53,401 nt of DNA from Eledone cirrhosa. Lineage: Eukaryota. Below the pieces are notes generated by a model. The model did no database searches. It had not been told where the DNA came from and was given only the letters and a program-made list of their open reading frames with translations. Shown piece after piece: positions 45,891 to 53,401 of the stretch. How positions within the stretch are numbered: position 1 is the first letter of the stretch; each line of letters starts with the position of its first letter. Where the stretch lies: positions 1-53,401 of the forward strand of contig CAXHJY010000977.1 in the NCBI GenBank assembly GCA_964016885.1. Reading direction: 5' to 3'. Both the position numbers and the translations under genes were made by a program.

Positions 45891-46884
45891 GAATCAAAGG
45901 CCTTCAATGAAAACCATGACCGCAGGAAGGCACTTTGCTCTAGCTCCCTCTAATATCCTCCTCAGGGTGTCTCTCAGTAGTCTTCCATTTCGGTTGGTGT
46001 TGTTATGGAAGTACCAGCAATGATCTTCACTGCCCTCCTTACTCAGATGTGCATTGAAGTCCCCCAAAACAAGCAGGATATTGTGTGCCTGAGTGGTGTT
46101 GACAGCTCTACATACCTCCTCATGGAACTCCTCGGCATTCACATCACTGTCCCCCTCGGTTGGACTATAGGCTGAGATGACTGTCAGTCTTGGGTTTCCA
46201 TTGAAGGTCACCCTCAACACTCGCGGGGAGATAGGCATTATTTCCCTCACCAACAGATTGGTTTTTGCACTGAACACAAAACCCACTCCTCCTACTGCAG
46301 CATTGGTTGTGTTCTTCACTGCCGATGTAGTGATGAGCTGGCTCTTCCTCCCGATCATCACACTCCTCACGGGCTCATCGTGTAGAATCCTGTGTTCTTG
46401 GATCGCAAGTATCTGTATACCACTCTCCTCGAACAGATGTCCCAACTCCTCTCTCTTCTCCAGCGTTCGAATAGTCCTCACATTCAAAGTGCCCATTTTG
46501 ATGGCTCTTCTGCAGGACAAAACTGCATTCTTTATATTTGTCTCAGAGACAGCTGATCCATCATCCACTGGCCCTCTCTGTGGCTCTAAGCCAGCAGAGT
46601 CATAACGACCAGGCTGCTCCTTGACAGTGTAATTAGGGGCTCTAACCCTAGTGCTGTTAGATCGACTCTCCATATTTCTTTTCAATGGCTGACAATAACT
46701 TACCGGCGCCACTCGAATAAGGTAGTTATTTAACCCATAAATGGAGCCCTAACAGGTACTACCACCCCGGGCCAGGGCAGACCTGGGAGTCATGACAACT
46801 AAGGGGTAACTCCACATTCCCCACATCTCCTGAACTCCCGAACTGGAGCCTTGCCACTGGATGTAGTTTAATGTCATACCCAGG

Positions 46885-46888
<4 letters not shown>
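45891..46888 (-). mobile_element. RTE LINE 5' part: 5' UTR plus APE, internally deleted into the RT
   Basis: GTLNVRT, LAIQEHR, GGVGF, ISAYSPT, LGDFNAH, NRNGRLL fused to RRILEGARAK..MVFI..KAFDS; 5' end abuts a TA tract. Confidence 0.9.
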
Positions 46889-46936
<48 letters not shown>

Positions 46937-47141
46937 GTATATATATATATGTATATATATATATATGTATATGTATATATATATATATGTATATATATAT
47001 GTATATATATATATATGTATATATATATGTATATATATATATGTATATATATATATGTATATATATATGTATATATATATATGTATATGTATATAGGTAT
47101 ATATATATATGTATATATGTATATATATAGATGTATATATG

Positions 47142-47174
<33 letters not shown>

Positions 47175-47239
47175 GTATATATGTATATATATATATGTAT
47201 ATATGTATATATATACATATATATATGTATATATATTTA

Positions 47240-47284
<45 letters not shown>

Positions 47285-47293
47285 GTATATATG

Positions 47294-47326
<33 letters not shown>

Positions 47327-47429
47327 GTATATATGTATATATATGTATATGTATATATGTATATATATATATATGTATATGTATATATGTATATATATAT
47401 ATATGTATATGTATATATATATATGTATA
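46889..47429. repeat. (TA)n/(TATG) microsatellite
   Basis: Direct reading. Confidence 0.98.
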
Positions 47430-47579
47430 TAGATTTTGAGTTTATGTTGGTTGTATACCAACACCTCAGTATGCAGGCTGGAGCACTCGACGAAGTGCGC
47501 AGGTTGGTTTGGTTACTCCGGAGTAGTGTAAAATAAAGTTAAATAAAAGTCAAATGATTAAAATTTAGCTTCGTTTATT

Positions 47580-47634
47580 ACTGCTATATATATTTCAGTG
47601 ACAGCCATCTTTGACTGTGACCTCTTCAGGCAGT
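47580..47634 (-). ncRNA. Minimal type I hammerhead ribozyme
   Basis: Mirror of 47839-47893 with one stem II substitution. Confidence 0.83.
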
Positions 47635-47838
47635 TTGAATTAGTATGGTATAGACAAGTACATATGTTGTTTAGGTGTATGATATTGTCAATACTCTGAT
47701 ATGCCCAGTTCCTTGTTGGGTTGTTAATTCACGTTCCCCAGTGAATTAACAACCCAACAAGGAACTGGGCATATCAGAGTATTGACAATATCATACACCT
47801 AAACAACATATGTACTTGTCTATACCATACTAATTCAA

Positions 47839-47893
47839 ACTGCCTGAAGAGGTCACAGCCAAAGATGGCTGTCACTGAAATATATATAGCAGT
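47839..47893 (+). ncRNA. Minimal type I hammerhead ribozyme
   Basis: ACTGC-CTGAAGA-GGTCACAGCC aaagat GGCTGTCACT-GAAA-T ATAT ATA/GCAGT then AATAAA. Confidence 0.85.
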
Positions 47894-47964
47894 AATAAAC
47901 GAAGCTAAATTTTAATCATTTGACTTTTATTTAACTTTATTTTATATATGTATATATATATATG

Positions 47965-47995
<31 letters not shown>

Positions 47996-48058
47996 GTATA
48001 TGTATATATATGTATATATATGTATGTATATATATATGTATATATATGTATGTATATA

Positions 48059-48105
<47 letters not shown>

Positions 48106-48117
48106 TTAATATAGATG

Positions 48118-48168
48118 AGATTCTACAGGACTAGAACTGTTTCATTCTTTAGAAATCATCAGGAATCT
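48118..48168 (-). ncRNA. Type I hammerhead ribozyme, canonical core
   Basis: AGATTC-CTGATGA-tTTCT aa AGAAt-GAAA-CAG ttctagtc CTGTA/GAATCT. Confidence 0.82.
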
Positions 48169-49278
48169 GGGTATCAAAAAATAAATATGGTATTTATAGG
48201 TCTCTACAAGTGGTAGCAGAGGGTGGGGGGTGGGATGGGTGTAGGTCATTGGTTGATAGAAAAGGGAATTCATTAAAAGCTAATTCTACAAAGCTATAGT
48301 TTATTTTTATTATTATTAATTTTTGTTTTTAGAGTAACAAAGGCAGACAGAATTCTATAAACAGGTTCCGGATGGCATACCATTCCTTGTCATTAAGTTT
48401 CTCTTAAGCTAACAGATGTCTATAAGATCAGTGGGGGGTCAGTCATGAGAGAAATAAAAATAAAAATAAATAAAGAGAGGTAGAAAGAGATATATGTGGT
48501 GGGAGAAAAGATGTAGATCGAGGTAATATCTATCATACGAGGTGGGAGAGATAGGGGAGGGGTGAGATACAGTTAAAACAGCCGATACATAAGTCCCGTC
48601 AAGTGTAGAGGGAGGAGGAGAAGAGATATATTCAGAAATAAAGATGATAGTTTTAAAATATTATGTTTCATTAGTCTATCAATTCTTATGAATTATAATG
48701 TAAATATCAATATTCATGAATGAGACACATATCAATAATATGTGAAAAAATAATGACTATATGTTTAGTTTAAATTCTTAGGTTTATAATAAAAATCTGA
48801 GATAAAACTTCAAAAAAATACTGAAATACATAAGCATATATGTATTTTCATGAAAAAAGAAAAAGAAAAAATGAAGAAGGTTATCTCAAATCAAATTGAC
48901 ATTATAGACACATGTGAGTTTACGTGATCATCTCTGTAAATTTTTATTTAACATGAAAATCTTCATTGCGTTACAAAAGATTTTACCATACATATATGTA
49001 CAATACATATATATATACATAAAAATATACATCATTAATAATAATAATAATATTCTTGCCCTCTCTTACATGATTATCGTTCAAGCATAGAATAGAACAG
49101 ATATCAATATATTAAAAATATTAAAAACGCCAAGAATACCTCACTCCCCAGAGTATCTATCTCTCCCACCTCGTATGATAGATATTACTCGATCTACATC
49201 TTTTCTCCCACCATATATCTCTTTCTACCTCTCTTTATTTATTTTTATTTTTTATTTCTCTCCGTATCCTTAACACTA

Positions 49279-49317
<39 letters not shown>

Positions 49318-49568
49318 ATTTTCACCTCCTCAATATTTCTCTCTCCCATATCTCTCTCTATATCGCTCTGTGGTTTTTTCTTTACATACATTTCTTCATC
49401 CTCTTCACCTTCCTCTCTAACTTCCTTAGCACTATAAACTTTCTTTCTTTTTTTTCTCTCCGTCTCTAACTGTCCTTAACATTTTCACTGCCATAACAAC
49501 TTTTTAAATGGAAAGTTGTAAAATTTTAAGGTATGTCAAATTTATTTATAAAACTGTTTATATATTGT

Positions 49569-49632
49569 ATTTTGTCTGAAGAGGGCATACCGTATTTTTA
49601 ATATGATATCCCTGAAATATATATAATGAAAT
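49569..49632 (+). ncRNA. Minimal type I hammerhead ribozyme (family D)
   Basis: ATTTTGT-CTGAAGA-gggcata...atatccct-GAAA-T ATAT ATA/ATGAAAT. Confidence 0.75.
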
Positions 49633-49765
49633 AAATATGGTTTTATAAAATGTAGTTTCCATTTGTTTAATATCGTAAAATACTCCAAAACCTGTTGAGT
49701 GCTTTTAATATCAGTTATAAAATATTTACTCATTGTAACCCAACAATTTTAAATAAAACTTTTGC

Positions 49766-51005
<1,240 letters not shown>

Positions 51006-51081
51006 TATAAAGAAAAAGGGATGAAATCGAAAATGCAACTGAAGTCTTATTTTTTTAAAAAATATATATATTTATTTGGTT

Positions 51082-51119
51082 CCTTTACCGGTTTCGCAGT
51101 TCTTCTACTTTTCAAAAGG
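51082..51119 (-). ncRNA. Minimal type I hammerhead ribozyme (family H)
   Basis: As 44823-44860, with one C>U change giving a U-G wobble in stem II. Confidence 0.75.
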
Positions 51120-51214
51120 TGAGTTGAGATGGAGGGTCTGTGGTTTTTCTCACATCTGTGATGTGAGAAAAACCACAGATGTGGGAAAAACCACAGACCC
51201 TCCATCTCAACTCA

Positions 51215-51252
51215 CCTTTTGAAAAGCAGAAGAACTGCGAAACCGGTAAAGG
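51215..51252 (+). ncRNA. Minimal type I hammerhead ribozyme (family H)
   Basis: Identical to 44823-44860. Confidence 0.78.
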
Positions 51253-51447
51253 AACCAAATAAATATATATATTTAAAAAAAAAATAAGACTTCAGTTGCA
51301 TTTTCGATTTCATCCCTTTTTCTTTATACTTCCACTCGTGTAGGACACCTCGGTTATTTTTCATTTTGTAAAAAAAACCTCACTTTCTAATATGTATATA
51401 TATATATGTATATATAGATGTATATATATATATGTATATATATATAC

Positions 51448-51478
<31 letters not shown>

Positions 51479-51558
51479 CATATATATATATACATATATA
51501 TATATAAATATATACATATATATATATACATATATATATATATACATATATATATATG

Positions 51559-51612
<54 letters not shown>

Positions 51613-51654
51613 CGATATTAAATAAATGGAAACTATATTTATAAAACCATATTT

Positions 51655-51718
51655 ATTTCATTATATATATTTCAGGGATATCATATTAAAAATATGTTAT
51701 GCCTTCTTCAGACAAAAT
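51655..51718 (-). ncRNA. Minimal type I hammerhead ribozyme (family D)
   Basis: ATTTTGT-CTGAAGA-aggcataacatatt ttt aatatgatatccct-GAAA-T ATAT ATA/ATGAAAT. Confidence 0.75.
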
Positions 51719-51909
51719 ACAATATAAACAGTCTTATAAATAGATAGATTCAACATACCTTTCAGCTTCGACTTCTATTTGAAAAGTTGATATAGACAAA
51801 CTAACCAAAATAACAACAATTTTAATTACGGCAACAACTTTAACAACTATAATAGAAAGCATTACAATAATTCCAAAAGCCAAAAAAGAAATAGAACTAG
51901 GAATATAAT

Positions 51910-52578
51910 ATGGTTTGGCCCCCTTTCTCACTAAACATTAAAACCCACATCGCTAAACTATTTTTTAATGCTCTTGATAATCGCTTCCCTAGAACACATA
52001 GGTATCACTCAATTTTCAATAGACATACTATAAAATTAACCTACTCATCCACCAAAAATTTAGCACAAAATATTAATAGAATAAATAATAGGAATTTAAA
52101 ACCTAGCAAAAATACCGAGAATAGCATAAATAATATCCAAGTTAACAAATGTAACTGTAGAGATAGATCTAAATGTCCGTTAAATAACAATTGCTTAGTT
52201 AAAAATATAATATACAACTGTAATGTTAAAACGGACTTAAATTCTTTTAACTATGTTTGTTCCACCTCAACAGAATTTAAACTTCGCTATAATAACCACA
52301 AGAATTCTTTCACAGATCCAAGCAAAAAATCCTCAACATCACTATCAGGCCTACTCTGGCAACTTAGGCATGATAACGTTGGATATTCAACGGCTTGGAA
52401 TATAGTCTCAAGAGGGATTCCTTTTAATTCATCCTCTGAGACATGTGACCTCTGCGCGGAGGAGATATTCTTTATACTAAAATCTAAAAATTCCCTTAAT
52501 TTACGGACAAATTTATTCAGTTGCTGCAGACATAGATTGAACTCAACTTTTAAATATAAATATAAATTTAAAATGTAG
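51910..52578 (+). pseudogene. PLE GIY-YIG endonuclease fragment
   Basis: PPFSLNIKT, HRYHSIFNRHTIKLTYS, KCNCRDRSKCPLNNNCLVKNIIY, YVCSTSTEFKLRYNNHK, CDLCAEE, LNLRTNLFSCCRHR. Confidence 0.9.
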
Positions 52579-53130
52579 TATATTTAATTTGATTTATAAT
52601 TATTTATGAAACTCGCCGATAAATCTTTCGATTCCTTTTTATTTTAAACATTCTTCATGAATAATTAAACTACCCTAAAAGCTGATGCTCCAAATATATC
52701 GAATACATTTTACTCTAGATAAACTTCTATATTAAATATAAGACCATCTGTAGGTCAAATGGGTATCCTAAACTTTTGGAATGTTTTCTGCTAGACAGGA
52801 TTTGGTAAATAATTTTTGGTTTTGTTTGCTTGTGATTCTGATGCTTATAACGAACTTGGCAATATATTGTCAATTAACTTTGAAGGGTTGATCTCTGTGG
52901 TTGATTTGCGGGGCATACTATGTTTTATTTTTATTTTAATATTTTTAATATTTTTAATATTTTTATTTTTAATATTTTTTTGTATTTTTTTGTACTTTTT
53001 TGATTTTTTTGTTTTTTATTTACTTTTTGTTTCTGATATTTTTATTTTTATTGATATATTGATATCTGTTCTCTATTTATGCTTGAACGATAATCATGTA
53101 GAGTAAAGACATGAATAGTATTGTTAAAAT

Positions 53131-53308
53131 TAATTGTTTCTACTTTAGGCACAAGGCCAGCAATTACCCAGTGCATTACTGGTACTTTATTTTATCGACC
53201 CCGTAAGGATGAAAGGCAAAGTCAACCTCGGCGGGATTTGAACTCAGATCGTAAAGGGACGTAACTATGTTGAAAAGCATGGCTTCCGACCCTCTACTGA
53301 TACTGCCA
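53131..53308 (-). mobile_element. tRNA-derived SINE, near full length
   Basis: A-box-like TGGCAGTATCAGTAG, B-box GAGTTCAAATCC, conserved core GACTTTGCCTTTCATCCTTACGGGGTCGATAAAATAAAGTACCAG. Confidence 0.85.
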
Positions 53309-53401
53309 TAATGTAGACTCTATATATATTTGTGTGTATGTACACATATATGTATACTAGAATTTTTATAGCACAATGAGAATGTTTTCGTGTGAAATAG
53401 G

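Larger units (their letters stand above)
47430..47944. mobile_element. Hairpin mini-insertion of two PLE 3' ends (arms 47529-47732 and 47741-47944, 8-nt spacer)
   Basis: Near-perfect inverted repeat, hammerhead in each arm, left arm extended about 100 nt. Confidence 0.85.
48103..49765. mobile_element. Composite tail-out PLE 3' UTR remnants with a different hammerhead at each end
   Basis: 48448-48553 is the reverse complement of 49157-49262; 49065-49120 and 49550-49677 resemble the family D UTR. Confidence 0.65.
51006..51391. mobile_element. Hairpin mini-insertion of family H 3' ends
   Basis: Arms 51006-51157 and 51178-51328; 18-bp tandem duplication at 51160-51195; right arm has the same 62-nt extension as 43136-43197. 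Confidence 0.9.
51612..53401 (+). mobile_element. 5'-truncated PLE (family D) with inverted tail at its 5' junction; runs off the window
   Basis: Inverted tail 51612-51770, EN coding to 52578, UTR similar to 10657-10870 and (reverse) 10381-10500. Confidence 0.85.

Noticed and set aside
53235-53308. tRNA gene
   Set aside because: A/B boxes belong to the SINE head; no cloverleaf.

Overview
AT-rich eukaryotic repeat DNA, probably octopus/cephalopod (inferred from the SINE and RTE types). No host gene, prokaryotic operon, CRISPR array, rRNA or tRNA gene is visible. Roughly a quarter to a third of the window is interrupted (TA)n/(TATG) microsatellite, which produces all the long Y/I-rich ORFs in the track (artefacts). 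Between the tracts is a nest of retroelements. It holds about seven coding remnants of Penelope-like elements (PLEs; RT and/or GIY-YIG endonuclease, two lineages), several non-coding PLE-like mini-elements, three CR1-group LINEs, three RTE LINE fragments and two tRNA-derived SINEs. Reading both strands by eye gives 18 type I hammerhead ribozyme motifs plus 2 core-degenerate ones, from about 10 sequence families, nearly all close to an element end that abuts a TA tract. Most PLE insertions share one geometry: two 3' ends pointing outward (inverted arms of 0.1-1.76 kb), with one arm stopping at an internal TA and the other running about 33-165 nt further. Other oddities are inverted duplications of the microsatellite itself, strand-polarised A>G interruptions of the TA tracts, and a LINE ORF2 with no usable ATG lying behind -1 slippery sites. 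Coordinates were read manually and may be off by a few bases. Ribozyme activity and mechanisms are predictions.
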